In this document: piece after piece, positions 9,384 to 21,402 of the stretch
How the letters are laid out: each line of letters begins with the position of its first letter
Numbering within the stretch: position 1 is the stretch's first letter
Assembly (NCBI GenBank): GCA_034520965.1
Contig: JAXHMY010000002.1
Span: forward strand, 32,001 to 96,000
Length of the DNA: 64,000 nt
Reading direction: 5' to 3'
Origin: Spirochaetia bacterium
Lineage (GTDB): Bacteria > Spirochaetota > Spirochaetia > DSM-16054 > Sediminispirochaetaceae
Translations under genes and position numbers: made by a program
The notes under the pieces: generated by a model
What the model was told of the DNA's origin: nothing
What the model saw: only the letters and a program-made list of their open reading frames with translations
Databases searched by the model: none

Positions 9384-10305
9384 GTTACATGCACGCATAG
9401 AGGAACTCGAAGCACATGGGCTTCGAGCCGATCGATATATATCGGATTTTCTCCAACTATTTCCGCGCAGCCAGATTAAACAGCGTGAGGTAGAAATAGA
9501 AATAAATGGTCATCAGGCAAAATTAAGCAGAGCCCTGCGTGTTGGGGATGAGCTGGATGTATATTATATGCCCGAGCGCCCACTCCAGATTGAACCTGAA
9601 AATATACCCTTAGATATCATTTATGAGAACAACCACTGTCTGGTAATAAATAAGCCCCAGGGAATGGTGGTTCATCCGGCTGCCGGAAACTACTCCGGTA
9701 CTCTGGTTCAGGCTTTGCTTTGGCATGTGCCCCAGTTACAGACTAATTTTACGGATGATCTTCTTCGGCCGGGGATAGTCCATCGTTTGGACAAGGATAC
9801 TTCCGGCATAATCATTGCTGCCAAAACTCCGCAGGCCCTGGAGTTTCTCTCAAAACAGTTTGTAAATAAAACTTTGTCGAAGCACTACCTTGCAATAGTC
9901 AAAGGGGTTATTCAAAAACCGCATGGCCACATAGATTATCCGATTGCCAGAGACCCTTACCACCGTAAGCGCTTTACCTGGAAAAGAAGCGACGGCAAAG
10001 AAGCTCATACAAACTACCGGGTGATGAGAATTTTTTCAAAGACAAGCTTCGTAGCCTTAACCCCCAGTACCGGACGTACCCATCAGCTGCGAGTTCACAT
10101 GAGTTCACTTGGCCATCCGATTGTCGGCGATTCCCTGTACAGCAGATCCGGCGGCAGCGGAAAATCCTATTCGCTGATGCTGCATGCCTACAAACTAAAA
10201 ATCCAGCTTCCCGGAGAAAAAGAAACTCGTATCTTCAGAGCACACTTGCCGACTCATTTCCGGAAAGCACTGATCGAGCTGCGTCTTGGTAAGAGTAACG
10301 CCTAA
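9370..10305 (+). CDS. rluD: RluA/RluD-family pseudouridine synthase
   Basis: S4-like N-terminus, plus motifs NKPQGMVVHP, RPGIVHRLDKDTSG and TGRTHQLRVH. Confidence 0.9.
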   Translation: MQKTKLHARIEELEAHGLRADRYISDFLQLFPRSQIKQREVEIEINGHQAKLSRALRVGDELDVYYMPERPLQIEPENIPLDIIYENNHCLVINKPQGMVVHPAAGNYSGTLVQALLWHVPQLQTNFTDDLLRPGIVHRLDKDTSGIIIAAKTPQALEFLSKQFVNKTLSKHYLAIVKGVIQKPHGHIDYPIARDPYHRKRFTWKRSDGKEAHTNYRVMRIFSKTSFVALTPSTGRTHQLRVHMSSLGHPIVGDSLYSRSGGSGKSYSLMLHAYKLKIQLPGEKETRIFRAHLPTHFRKALIELRLGKSNA

Positions 10306-10347
10306 GTCAAAAATTAAAGTCAAAAATGAAGCTTTGTTCGGGCAGTT

Positions 10348-10926
10348 TTATGTATCTCTGAGCAGTTTGAGATCCGGGTTAAACATTTTTTCCGCTTTCA
10401 AGCTTGAGGGCGGACCATGGCCGGGCAGGACTAAAGTAGTTTCAGGCATTGAAAACAACTTTTCACTGATGGAACGAAGGAGGAGGGCTCTGGAAAAACT
10501 GTTTTTTGTATTGCCCACACGGCCGGCGGCCAGTACATCTCCGGTAAATACCATTCCACCGATATGATAAATAAGTGAATCTGAAGAGTGTCCGGGAACT
10601 TCAATAACCTCTACCTCTATGCCGGATGCTGCGTTAAACTTGTCCCCGTCTTTAATCGGTATTGAGGGAAAATCTAAAATATAAGGAGAAAAAGCATATA
10701 TATCGGCATCGTAAATTTTTTTAAGGGTCCGAATTCCTTTTACATGGGAATTATGATGATGGGTAACGAGAATGGTACGAATGGTGTATTTATTCCCTTC
10801 AATGAGGGTCAACAGCTCTTTATCCATGATTCCCGGATCAACTATAATTGCATCGCCTCCGCCGTTGGGACCAATCAAATAGGTGTTTGCAAAGCCTACA
10901 ACAGCAAAGTGAAAATATAACTTCAT
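10348..10926 (-). CDS. MBL-fold metallo-hydrolase
   Basis: Motifs THHHNSH, PGHS, FTGD and LPGHG. Confidence 0.9.
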   Translation of the reverse strand: MKLYFHFAVVGFANTYLIGPNGGGDAIIVDPGIMDKELLTLIEGNKYTIRTILVTHHHNSHVKGIRTLKKIYDADIYAFSPYILDFPSIPIKDGDKFNAASGIEVEVIEVPGHSSDSLIYHIGGMVFTGDVLAAGRVGNTKNSFSRALLLRSISEKLFSMPETTLVLPGHGPPSSLKAEKMFNPDLKLLRDT

Positions 10927-11519
10927 ATAGCGGTATCCTGTTGAAAGCGGGCTTCTTCATAGTTTGAGTACTTAAAACTCACTGTTTCTCTAGAACTGCT
11001 TACAAAATCTGCTTTCTTTAGATTGCAGTCGACAAAACTTACATCATGTAATACTGCGCTTGTAAAGTTCGAATAATACAGGTCGGAGTCATTAAATACG
11101 CAGTTCTCAGCGTTTATTCCCAAAAAATTAGTATGCACTATGTCGGAGTCTTTAAAATCGCAGTTAATAAAAGTACTGCCGGCGAAAACGGAGTACTTAA
11201 TATTTGTTTCAGTAAACCGACAGTTTTCAAATCGTGAATATTGTAAAAAGCACAAATCAAAACTACTATGGGAAAAGTCCACGTTCTTAAAACTGCTTTC
11301 GGAAAAATTGCACACCATAAATGTATGGTCGCTAAAGTCGCTATCCTCAACATTGATACACGAGGAGTTCAAGTCTTTCAAGACTTTAGTATCACGGATA
11401 ATCTCTATTAGGCGTGCATTACAGGCTTCAGGCTTATCCACATGATGAAGACAGTAGTCTTCTCCGTGGGCGGCATACAATTGACAGTCCGATTTTTGAC
11501 ATGTATTAAACAGAAACAT
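10923..11519 (-). CDS. Pentapeptide repeat protein
   Basis: Five-residue periodicity with F at every fifth position (CNFSE SSFKN VDFSH SSFDL); Cys/His-rich N-terminus. Confidence 0.85.
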   Translation of the reverse strand: MFLFNTCQKSDCQLYAAHGEDYCLHHVDKPEACNARLIEIIRDTKVLKDLNSSCINVEDSDFSDHTFMVCNFSESSFKNVDFSHSSFDLCFLQYSRFENCRFTETNIKYSVFAGSTFINCDFKDSDIVHTNFLGINAENCVFNDSDLYYSNFTSAVLHDVSFVDCNLKKADFVSSSRETVSFKYSNYEEARFQQDTAI

Positions 11520-11673
11520 ATGTATAGGGTATCGATTCTAGGACCATTATTCAATACATTATTCTAAAACTGAAGATGAACTATAATTTTCCAAATTCAG
11601 AACTTCTATGTTCAATAGTAGAAAATTGAATTGTATGCTAATATAGGCACCCACTATGTGAGAATGGAGTAGC

Positions 11674-12508
11674 TTGGTGAATGACAGGCCAATAGCAGTA
11701 TTTGATTCCGGGGTAGGGGGCTTACCCTATTTAGAACGGTTGAAAAAGTATGCTCCCGCTGAAGATTTTGTGTATTTTGCGGATAGGGGTAATTTCCCTT
11801 ATGGTGAACAGGACGATGCGGTTCTCCGCAACATAATTGTTCAATCAGTCGGCAAGTTTATCGATGCCACGGATCCGTAAGCTAATGCTGATAGCCTGTA
11901 ATACCGCCTCGGTGGTAGCCCTAGAGGAACTGCGCCGCCAATATGATATTCCCTTTATCGGCGTAGTCCCGGCGGTAAAACCTGCGGCGGAACTGTCGAA
12001 ACAGAGGGCGATCGGGGTATTGGCAACTCGCAGAACCGTTGAGGACCCGTACACTGAAAACCTCATCAGCCGCTTTGCTGCCGAATGTAGAGTGGTGCGC
12101 TATGCCGGGGTGGAAATTGTGCAGCTGGTGGAGCTTAACTACTTTTCGAGCACTGAAGAAGAAAGAGAAGCGATACTGCAGCCGGCGGTAGATTTTTTTA
12201 CATATCAGGCGGTAGATGCACTGGTAGTAGGGTGCACACATTTTATATTTGTTGAGGAGTTATTACATAAGATGCTGAAGGGTTCAGTAGAGATAATCGA
12301 TTCGCGAGAAGGGGTGGCTCAACAAGCTTTGAGAATACTTGAAGAATCACATCTATTCCGGGACAAAAACGTAACCAGTAACAGTACACGTAGTGGTACA
12401 GGCACTAACCGCTTATATGTCAGCGGCAAGGGCTTAAACTTTCAAGAAAATGAACGTTATCACCAGTTTTCTAAAATGTTCGAGTTGGAGTGGAGCGGAC
12501 GCCTGTGA
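11674..12508 (+). CDS. murI: Glutamate racemase, split by one extra base near 11878
   Basis: Motifs FDSGVGG and PYG in the first ORF; IACNTAS and VGCTHF in the second. Removing one T from CCG-T-AAG restores ...DPKLMLIACN. Confidence 0.9.
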
Positions 12509-13422
12509 GTATGCTGAGCGGCAGAGTTGCCTTTGGGGCAAATAATATTTTTACTGTGGTGGTGGACGGCACGTCGTATCTGTGTCGTCTGAAAGGCAAA
12601 ATATTACGACAGGACGAGAAAGCGTATAACCCTTTAGCACCGGGGGATGTGGTAGAGTTTGAAACCGATCTGCATACCTCCGAGGAAGGACTCATACACC
12701 GCAGAAGGCCCCGTAACAATTCTCTTGTCCGCTGGAATAGAAAGCGAAGGGCACTGCAGACGGTAGCGGCTAATCTGGATGTGCTGGTTGTGGTCACCTC
12801 CGCCAAAAACCCGCCCTTTCGACCGCGATTTATTGACCGTGTGTTAATTGCAGCGGATGAAATACCGGTAGTCATTGCTTTGAATAAGGTTGATCTGAAA
12901 TACGATGGGTCAATTAAAGAGCGCATGCAAATATATAGAGCGATGGACTATGAGGTAATTGAAACCTCTGCTAAGACTGGTGAAGGGATTGAACAACTGA
13001 ATGCCAGAATAAGTTCCGGTTTATCCGCCTTTTTCGGCCAGTCGGGGGTAGGAAAAAGCTCTCTCCTCAATGTGCTCTTTCCCGGGGTGGATGTAGAGGT
13101 GGGTGAGATCTCCCGTAAATACGATCGTGGAAGGCATGTAACCAAGAACGCCCGTTTATACGAATACGGGGAAAACTATTTTATCGATACCCCGGGCATC
13201 CGACAGATAGAGCTGGGAATCGAAGATAGGGATATGCTGGATCGGTATTTCAGAGACTTTGTTCCCTTTCTCGATAAATGTGAATTCCAACCCTGCACTC
13301 ACCTGCATGAACCCGGCTGTGCAGTACAGGCAGCGGTAGAGTCCAATCAGATCCATCCCGACAGATACGAGAGCTATGCCAGGATATATTACGAATTAGA
13401 ATCAAGAGTAGAGTACGGTTAA
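12505..13422 (+). CDS. rsgA: Ribosome small subunit-dependent GTPase A
   Basis: Circularly permuted GTPase order NKVD, GQSGVGKS, DTPG; C-terminal Zn site CEFQPCTHLHEPGC. Confidence 0.95.
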   Translation: MSMLSGRVAFGANNIFTVVVDGTSYLCRLKGKILRQDEKAYNPLAPGDVVEFETDLHTSEEGLIHRRRPRNNSLVRWNRKRRALQTVAANLDVLVVVTSAKNPPFRPRFIDRVLIAADEIPVVIALNKVDLKYDGSIKERMQIYRAMDYEVIETSAKTGEGIEQLNARISSGLSAFFGQSGVGKSSLLNVLFPGVDVEVGEISRKYDRGRHVTKNARLYEYGENYFIDTPGIRQIELGIEDRDMLDRYFRDFVPFLDKCEFQPCTHLHEPGCAVQAAVESNQIHPDRYESYARIYYELESRVEYG

Positions 13423-13426
13423 TCCT

Positions 13427-15799
13427 ATGCACCAACACACAATCAATGTTTTAGAATTTGAAAAAATTAGATCGGAGCTGTTAGAGTATTGTATCAGCGA
13501 GAATGGCCGTCATACGGTAAGCTTGCAAGGCTTTTATTATTCCCAGTCGGCTATACAGCCGTTACAGCTGAAGGTTGAACAAGCCCGTGAGTTTATGGAG
13601 CGCGAAGAGTTCCCATCCTTTGAGTTTCCTGAACTTGAGTCTGAGCTGCATGAGATCTCTACTGAGGGTGCCGTCCTTGAGGGAGAAGAGCTCATCCGGT
13701 TTGCCCGCTATTTTAATTCGTCCCACCGGCTTTCTGCTTACTTGCGGGGTGCCTCCGAATACGGATACCAGGATATAGCCGCCCACGGTGAGCAGATTGG
13801 TGATTTCAGGGACAGCGCAAAGGCAATTACTGCAGTTCTCAACCCAGATGGGAGTGTGAAAGATAGTCATCCTGAGCTGCGGAAACAGCGTGCACACATG
13901 GCCCGCCTGCGAAACGAGCTCAATCGGGCCGCTCAGAGCTACCTGCAGCAGAACTCCGACCGCTGGCAAAGTGATGTCCCGACACAGCGGGACGGCCGGA
14001 TTGTCCTGCCCCTGAAAGCCCAGTATCAGAACATGGTTTCCGGTGTCATTCATTACAGCTCTGCCCGTGGAGCCACGGTGTATATCGAGCCGCCGGAAAT
14101 AATGACCAAAAACAACGACATTGCCCTGGTTGAACAAGAAATTCGTGAAATTATTCTGTCGATACTGCGCGACCTTACAAAATCCGTGGCTTCCCGCCGA
14201 ACCGAAATAGAGCAGCTTATAGAGGCGGTGACGGAAATCGACAGTTTCATATGCCGGGCCGCATATGCACGGGTACACAATTGTGTACGCGCCAATTACC
14301 GGGAGCGCGGGTTTAAGCTTAAGCGCGCCCGTCACCCCCTGCTCCGCGACAGCGCGGTTCCGATCGACATAGAAACCTCACAAGATATACAGAGTCTTAT
14401 CATTAGCGGACCCAATGCGGGGGGGAAAACGGTTACCTTAAAAACTGTAGGACTTCTCTCGCTGATGAATCAATTCGGTCTGCAGATTCCCGCAGATGAA
14501 GGCACGGAGTTGGCGGTTTTTAACGGTATCTATGCAGACATAGGTGATGAACAGTCGATCGAAGGTTCACTTTCCACCTTTTCCGGACATATGACAAAGA
14601 TCGGAGAGATGCTGGAGCATGCTGATGTACATGCCTTAGCCCTGCTGGATGAACTCGGGTCGGGTACCGATCCGGGCGAAGGGGCTACTTTGGCAATGGC
14701 TGTGCTGGATGAGTTTTTAAAACGCGGAGCAACCACCCTGGCAACCTCGCACCACGGGCTGCTGAAAAATTACGGGTATACCACCCCCAGGGTGCAGAAT
14801 GCCTCAATGGACTTCGATACCTCAACCTTAACACCCAATTATAAAGTTGTGGTCGGGCTTCCCGGCGAAAGTCATGCCCTGGATATTGCCACTCGCAGCG
14901 GGCTGCCGAGTAATGTGATAAAGGCCGCCCGGGGCTACTTGTCAAGTGAGAGCGGTCAAGTCAGCGAGATGATTAAGGAGCTCGAGCGGAGACAGACCGA
15001 GTTTAAGCGACATGAAGAGTCCTTAAAGCAGCGCGAGGGCAGCTTGCAAGGACAAATCAAAGAGCACGATATGGCGGCACTTCGTCTGCGACAGCGCGAA
15101 CACCAGCTTAAGCAGAGCGGGTACGGTGAGCTGAACAAGTTTCTACGCGAGGCTCGGCAGGAGCTTGAAAACTTGGTGCACCAATTAAAAAGCGGCGAAA
15201 ACGTATCTAAAGAAGATACCAAACGGGTAAAAAAGTTTATTCGCAGGGTAGAGGAACGGGAGAAACAAGAAAAAGAGCAGGTTGAACAGGAGGAAATCGA
15301 GTTTGCCTCCAGTGACACCTACGAGTTTTCGCCGGGTATGCAGGTTATTACCGGACCGGGTCGACGGAGGGGCACCGTAATACGGCGGGCCAAGCAAGGG
15401 TATTGGCTAGTCGAGGTAGGAGCGATGAAAATCACCCTCCCCGAGAGAGATCTTATGCCTGCAGAAAGCCCTGCAGAAAGCTCTGAACAGAACAAAAAGC
15501 AGGGAACCCCGCGGTATGGGTATACCAGCGAATCGGGAACCCAGCCGGCCGCCTTCTCACTGGATGTGCGGGGAGAGCGCCTGGACGAGGCCTTGGACCG
15601 TGTAAATCGTCAGCTTGACAATGCAACCCTGGCCAACTTATATGAATTTGAGATTATTCACGGAAAGGGCGAGGGCATCCTGCAAACCGGTGTGCAGCGA
15701 TTACTTCAGGAGTCTCCGCAGGTCGAAGAGTTTTACTTTTCACGTCCTGAGCAGGGCGGAACCGGTAAAACTATTGTAAAATTAAAGCAGCAATTCTAA
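13427..15799 (+). CDS. mutS2: Endonuclease MutS2
   Basis: Motifs SGPNAGGKT, DIGDEQS, SLSTFS and DELGSGTDP; coiled coil; C-terminal Smr domain (IIHGKGEG). Confidence 0.95.
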   Translation: MHQHTINVLEFEKIRSELLEYCISENGRHTVSLQGFYYSQSAIQPLQLKVEQAREFMEREEFPSFEFPELESELHEISTEGAVLEGEELIRFARYFNSSHRLSAYLRGASEYGYQDIAAHGEQIGDFRDSAKAITAVLNPDGSVKDSHPELRKQRAHMARLRNELNRAAQSYLQQNSDRWQSDVPTQRDGRIVLPLKAQYQNMVSGVIHYSSARGATVYIEPPEIMTKNNDIALVEQEIREIILSILRDLTKSVASRRTEIEQLIEAVTEIDSFICRAAYARVHNCVRANYRERGFKLKRARHPLLRDSAVPIDIETSQDIQSLIISGPNAGGKTVTLKTVGLLSLMNQFGLQIPADEGTELAVFNGIYADIGDEQSIEGSLSTFSGHMTKIGEMLEHADVHALALLDELGSGTDPGEGATLAMAVLDEFLKRGATTLATSHHGLLKNYGYTTPRVQNASMDFDTSTLTPNYKVVVGLPGESHALDIATRSGLPSNVIKAARGYLSSESGQVSEMIKELERRQTEFKRHEESLKQREGSLQGQIKEHDMAALRLRQREHQLKQSGYGELNKFLREARQELENLVHQLKSGENVSKEDTKRVKKFIRRVEEREKQEKEQVEQEEIEFASSDTYEFSPGMQVITGPGRRRGTVIRRAKQGYWLVEVGAMKITLPERDLMPAESPAESSEQNKKQGTPRYGYTSESGTQPAAFSLDVRGERLDEALDRVNRQLDNATLANLYEFEIIHGKGEGILQTGVQRLLQESPQVEEFYFSRPEQGGTGKTIVKLKQQF

Positions 15800-15924
15800 A
15801 TTTGAAAATTTTAAAAAAATTTTCAAATTTAGAATGCTCACATTTTGTTTAACATAAGTAACTTATCTTAAAGGGTTTGAGGTTATTCTAATTTTGGAAG
15901 TCAAAAGACTTCCAAAATTAGAAT
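15793..15924. repeat. Pair of AT-rich palindromes (43 bp and 40 bp, 49-bp spacer)
   Basis: ATTCTAAATTTGAAAATTTT-AAA-AAAATTTTCAAATTTAGAAT (15793-15835) and ATTCTAATTTTGGAAGTC-AAAA-GACTTCCAAAATTAGAAT (15885-15924). Confidence 0.9.
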
Positions 15925-16021
15925 TCCTGAAATTAAAGCACTAATTGTTGCGTATTCATTAGATAATATCTACGATTAACAGTAACAGTAACAGTACGTA
16001 CTGTGATTGGAGCGAAAAGGT

Positions 16022-16372
16022 ATGCAAGAGAAAATAAGAAAATTTTTTGCAATTTTATCAATTGAGTTTGATGATATCCGTGACGGTTTAGTTATGCTTT
16101 TGGACAGCAGCGAAGAGCGGTTTCGCAAGCATGAGATTACCGGTTACGTATGGACAGAAAACAGCGCCCTGATGAAGAGGGAGGAGAAACTGCTGGAGAT
16201 AATTCAGAAGAGGGTAGCACAGCTGAATCCGGATGATTATAAAACCCTCGATGAAGCGGTAGAGGCAGTGCGAAAAATTGTACGCGGAATGTCCGGCATC
16301 CCCCAAGCGGTTCCTGAATTTATTGAAAAGCGAATGAACAAGGTGCTGCGGTATATAAACAATGAAATGTGA
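16022..16372 (+). CDS. Hypothetical helical protein
   Basis: Open frame with an RBS-like sequence upstream; located just before the V-ATPase cluster. Confidence 0.65.
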   Translation: MQEKIRKFFAILSIEFDDIRDGLVMLLDSSEERFRKHEITGYVWTENSALMKREEKLLEIIQKRVAQLNPDDYKTLDEAVEAVRKIVRGMSGIPQAVPEFIEKRMNKVLRYINNEM

Positions 16373-16498
16373 TGAGGTTAAAAAAACACATAATACTCCC
16401 TAATTATGTTGATATTTTTTTTATGCTCCATTACTATACCACTATATTAATAGGTAAATAAATATTGATTGATACATTGCTATTGAAAGGAAACGCGT

Positions 16499-17122
16499 AT
16501 GGACGTTCAGTTAAAAGAACTTATTGACCGAATTAAATCGGAAGGTATCGAAAGTGCAGAGCAGCAGGCACAAAAAATTGTGCAGGAAGCTGAATCACGG
16601 GCGAAGCAAATTGTCTCGGATGCAGAAACAGAAGCCGACAAAATAAGGCAGAAGGCCGAAGAGGACGCTCAGCGGCGCGAACAGACCGGCCGCCAAAGTT
16701 TAAAACAAGCCGGCCGCGACCTGCTTCTTAGCCTGGATAAACGACTGCAGGCTCTGTTTGATACGGTTATTTACACCGAAAGTGCTGCGGCGCTAAAGGG
16801 TAAACTTCTGCAAGGCACAATCAAACAGCTGATTGACCGCTGGGATGAAGAAGTTGCGGATGTACAGCTGCTGGTTGCCGAGGATGAGTTGCAGAATATT
16901 GAAAAGGGATTGCGCGATCAGCTTTCAGCGCAGTTGGCTAAGGGAATGGAACTGAAACCTCTAACAAATGTAGAAGCCGGTTTCCAGGTTGGCTATAAAG
17001 ATGGTTCGGCATATTACAATTTTACCGCTGAAGGTGTAGCTGAAATTGTATCCCAGTTTCTCAACCCTAAATTGGCCGAAATTTTGAAGGAAGCTGCAAA
17101 AGAAGCAAAAGAACAGGAGTAA
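16499..17122 (+). CDS. V-type ATP synthase subunit E
   Basis: Coiled-coil N-terminus (MDVQLKELIDRIKSEG); first gene of the cluster. Confidence 0.88.
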   Translation: MDVQLKELIDRIKSEGIESAEQQAQKIVQEAESRAKQIVSDAETEADKIRQKAEEDAQRREQTGRQSLKQAGRDLLLSLDKRLQALFDTVIYTESAAALKGKLLQGTIKQLIDRWDEEVADVQLLVAEDELQNIEKGLRDQLSAQLAKGMELKPLTNVEAGFQVGYKDGSAYYNFTAEGVAEIVSQFLNPKLAEILKEAAKEAKEQE

Positions 17123-17126
17123 CACC

Positions 17127-17666
17127 GTGCGACAGTATTATTACGTGATCGCTACTCTCCCGCTTCTTCAGTTTGAAGATAAGCCTCCTCTTACTCTTGA
17201 TGAGCTCTACTATTCCTGCCGAGGAAACATCGACACTAATGATTTAGAGCTCCTGGAGACAGTTTCTCTTGAACCGGGAAGCGCCCATGGGAATGAACTT
17301 CTGGAAAAATGGTATACCTGGGAAACTTCGTTACGGAATGAGCTTGTAAAACTCCGAAGTCAAAAAATCGGAGTTGAATCGGAAAAGTATAGACGCGAAG
17401 GTGAGGTGATCCCCGGTATCCCGGAAACAGCTCGAGAGGCTGCAAACCAGGATTCTCCACTTGCAGGTGAGGAACTACTCAATAAAGCACGGTGGACTTT
17501 TCTTGAAGAGCTTGAGGTTGGACACTATTTTGATTTGGTTAAATTGATGTTGTATGCACTCAAACTTCAGTTGCTTCATCGTAGAAGTAAATTTACGACC
17601 GAACAGGGAAGAGAGAAGTTTGAGCAAATTTATCAGCATGTACGGAAAGATATTGAGTCGGCCTAG
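17127..17666 (+). CDS. V-type ATPase subunit C-like (DUF2764-type) protein
   Basis: N-terminus YYYVIATLP and motif ETSLRNEL; located between subunits E and A. Confidence 0.75.
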   Translation: MRQYYYVIATLPLLQFEDKPPLTLDELYYSCRGNIDTNDLELLETVSLEPGSAHGNELLEKWYTWETSLRNELVKLRSQKIGVESEKYRREGEVIPGIPETAREAANQDSPLAGEELLNKARWTFLEELEVGHYFDLVKLMLYALKLQLLHRRSKFTTEQGREKFEQIYQHVRKDIESA

Positions 17667-17708
17667 TAAACGGGCTTGCCAAAACGCTGAGTTATTCGGA
17701 GAACTTTC

Positions 17709-19491
17709 ATGACAAAGACTACAGGCAAAGTTATAGGTGTTAACGGAAACATGGTCGCCGTAAAAGTAGAAGGCGACATTTCGTTAAATGAAGTTGGATA
17801 TGTTAAAGTAGGCGATCAAAACCTGAAATCTGAGGTAATCAGAATTCAGGGGGATACCGCCGAAATGCAGGTATTTGAAATGACCACCGGCATCGGTGTC
17901 AACGATGAGGTCGAGTTCAGCGGGGAACTCCTGGCGGTAGAGCTAGGTCCCGGGCTGCTTACTCAGATTTACGACGGACTGCAGAATCCGTTACCCAAGC
18001 TGGCCGAGGAAGCCGGATTCTTTCTGCCCCGCGGTCTTTATATGAATGCCCTGCCTCGTGATACTAAATGGGATTTTACTCCTAAGGTTAAGGAGGGTGA
18101 CACCGTGGCCGCCGCCGATACCCTCGGTACCGTTCCGGAGGGAATCTTTGAGCACCGTATCATGGTACCCTTTAATTTTTATGAATCTTATACCGTAAAA
18201 AAGATCGCCAAGAAAGGCGAATATACGGTTGAGCAGGAAATGGCGGTACTTGAAGATTCAAAAGGCAATCAGCACTCGGTTAATATGATGTTTGAGTGGC
18301 CGGTAAAGCGGGCCATTAGTTCATATGAAGAGCGGCTGGAACCGGATACCTCAATGGTAACAAAGACAAGAATTATCGATACCTTCATTCCAGTTGCCCG
18401 CGGAGGTACCTACTGTATTCCCGGCCCCTTTGGAGCAGGCAAAACAGTACTGCAGCAGGTTACCAGCCGTTATGCGGATGTGGATATTGTAATAATAGCC
18501 GCCTGCGGAGAGCGCGCCGGTGAGGTTGTAGAAACCCTGCGTGAGTTTCCTGAACTGATCGACCCCCGCACAGGGCGCACCCTGATGGAACGAACCGTCA
18601 TTATCGCCAACACCAGCTCCATGCCGGTCGCCGCCCGGGAGGCATCAGTGTATACCGCTGTAACCCTGGCTGAATATTACCGGCAGATGGGCCTGCACGT
18701 ACTGCTGCTGGCCGACTCCACCTCTCGCTGGGCTCAGGCCATGCGTGAGATGTCGGGCCGCCTTGAGGAGATTCCCGGTGAGGAAGCTTTTCCTGCGTAT
18801 CTTGAATCGGTTATTGCAGCCTTTTACGAACGAGCCGGTGTTGTCAGACTCAAGGATGGCTCCTTCGGTTCGGTTACTATCGGCGGAACGGTAAGTCCGG
18901 CGGGTGGTAACTTTGAAGAACCTGTAACCCAGGCAACGCTAAAAGTCGTCGGGGCCTTCCATGGACTCGATCGAGACCGTGCAGAAGCCCGTAAGTACCC
19001 TTCCATCCACCCATTAAACAGCTGGAGCAAGTATCCGGGGGTTGTCGATGTTGATAAAGTTAATTTTGCTAGAAGTGTTCTCTCGCGTGGGGATGAAGTC
19101 GGGCAAATGATGAAGGTAGTCGGCGAAGAGGGTACTAGCCTGGAAGACTATATTGTGAACTTGAAATCTGAGTTTCTAGATGCAGTATATTTGCAGCAGA
19201 ACTCTTTTGATCCGGTTGATGCAGCGGTAAGTGTAGAGCGGCAGAATTACGTATTCGACCAGCTGTATGAAATCCTTGGTTCTATTCTTGAGTTGAAAGA
19301 TAAAGAGGATGCACGGCATTTCTTTAACCAGCTGCGCCAGCATTTTATTGACTGGAATTATTCGGAATGGGATTCTGATGAGTTCAAAGAAAACGAGAGA
19401 AAGATAAAAACCCTTCTTGAGCAGAAACAAAAAGGCCTTATGGAAGAAGCAAAGCGGGCCAGAAAAGCAGCGGAGAGCAAGGAGCATAGCA

Positions 19492-19499
<8 letters not shown>
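17709..19499 (+). CDS. V-type ATP synthase subunit A
   Basis: P-loop GPFGAGKT, plus [16 protein letters not shown] and DSTSRWAQA. Confidence 0.97.
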
Positions 19500-20799
<1,300 letters not shown>

Positions 20800-20802
20800 A
20801 TT

Positions 20803-21399
20803 ATGGCGAAGGTTAAGCTTACAAAGAACGAACTAAAAAAACAGAAAGACTCCCTTAAGCGTTTTCAGCGGTACCTTCCGACTCTAATGCTCAAGAAACA
20901 GCAGTTACAGATGGTAATTCGTCAGGTAGAGAGCAAGGTTCGTCAAATTGAGCAGGAACGCCGCACACTTAAGGAAGAGCTGGATAAATGGATTGCCGTT
21001 TTTGGTGAAGATATTGGAATGGAAGACCTGATTAAAGTCGAACATATTGAAAGGGAAACCGGTAACATAGCTGGTGTAGATATTCCGGTTTTCAAGAGTC
21101 TGAAACTACAGGAAATACCCTACGACCTATTTACTATGCCCCTATGGACAGATAGAGGAATCGATGCAATCAAACGGATTGCCGAACTCGATGCCAGAAT
21201 AGACGTCTTAAAGCGACAAATTGAACTGTTGAGTGATGAGTTACGGATTACTACTCAGAGGGTAAACCTGTTTGAAAAGGTTATGATACCTGAGACAAAA
21301 GAGAATATCCGTAAAATACAGATTTATCTTGGCGACCAGCAGACGGCGGCAGTTGTCCGTGGGAAAATGGCCAAGAATAAAATCGAAAAGGTGAAATAG
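20803..21399 (+). CDS. V-type ATP synthase subunit D
   Basis: Motifs LTKNELKK, LPTLMLKK and TTQRVNLFEKVMIP. Confidence 0.95.
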   Translation: MAKVKLTKNELKKQKDSLKRFQRYLPTLMLKKQQLQMVIRQVESKVRQIEQERRTLKEELDKWIAVFGEDIGMEDLIKVEHIERETGNIAGVDIPVFKSLKLQEIPYDLFTMPLWTDRGIDAIKRIAELDARIDVLKRQIELLSDELRITTQRVNLFEKVMIPETKENIRKIQIYLGDQQTAAVVRGKMAKNKIEKVK

Positions 21400-21402
21400 C
21401 CT

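Noticed and set aside
13562..14335. 257-aa minus-strand ORF, and the many similar short overlapping ORFs
   Set aside because: They lie antisense or out of frame within well-supported genes and have no recognisable motifs.
15793..15924. CRISPR mini-array reading of the palindrome-spacer-palindrome module
   Set aside because: Only two units are present, the two repeats differ internally, and there are no cas genes or leader in the window.
15977..15996. TAACAG x3 microsatellite
   Set aside because: Too short to support a function.
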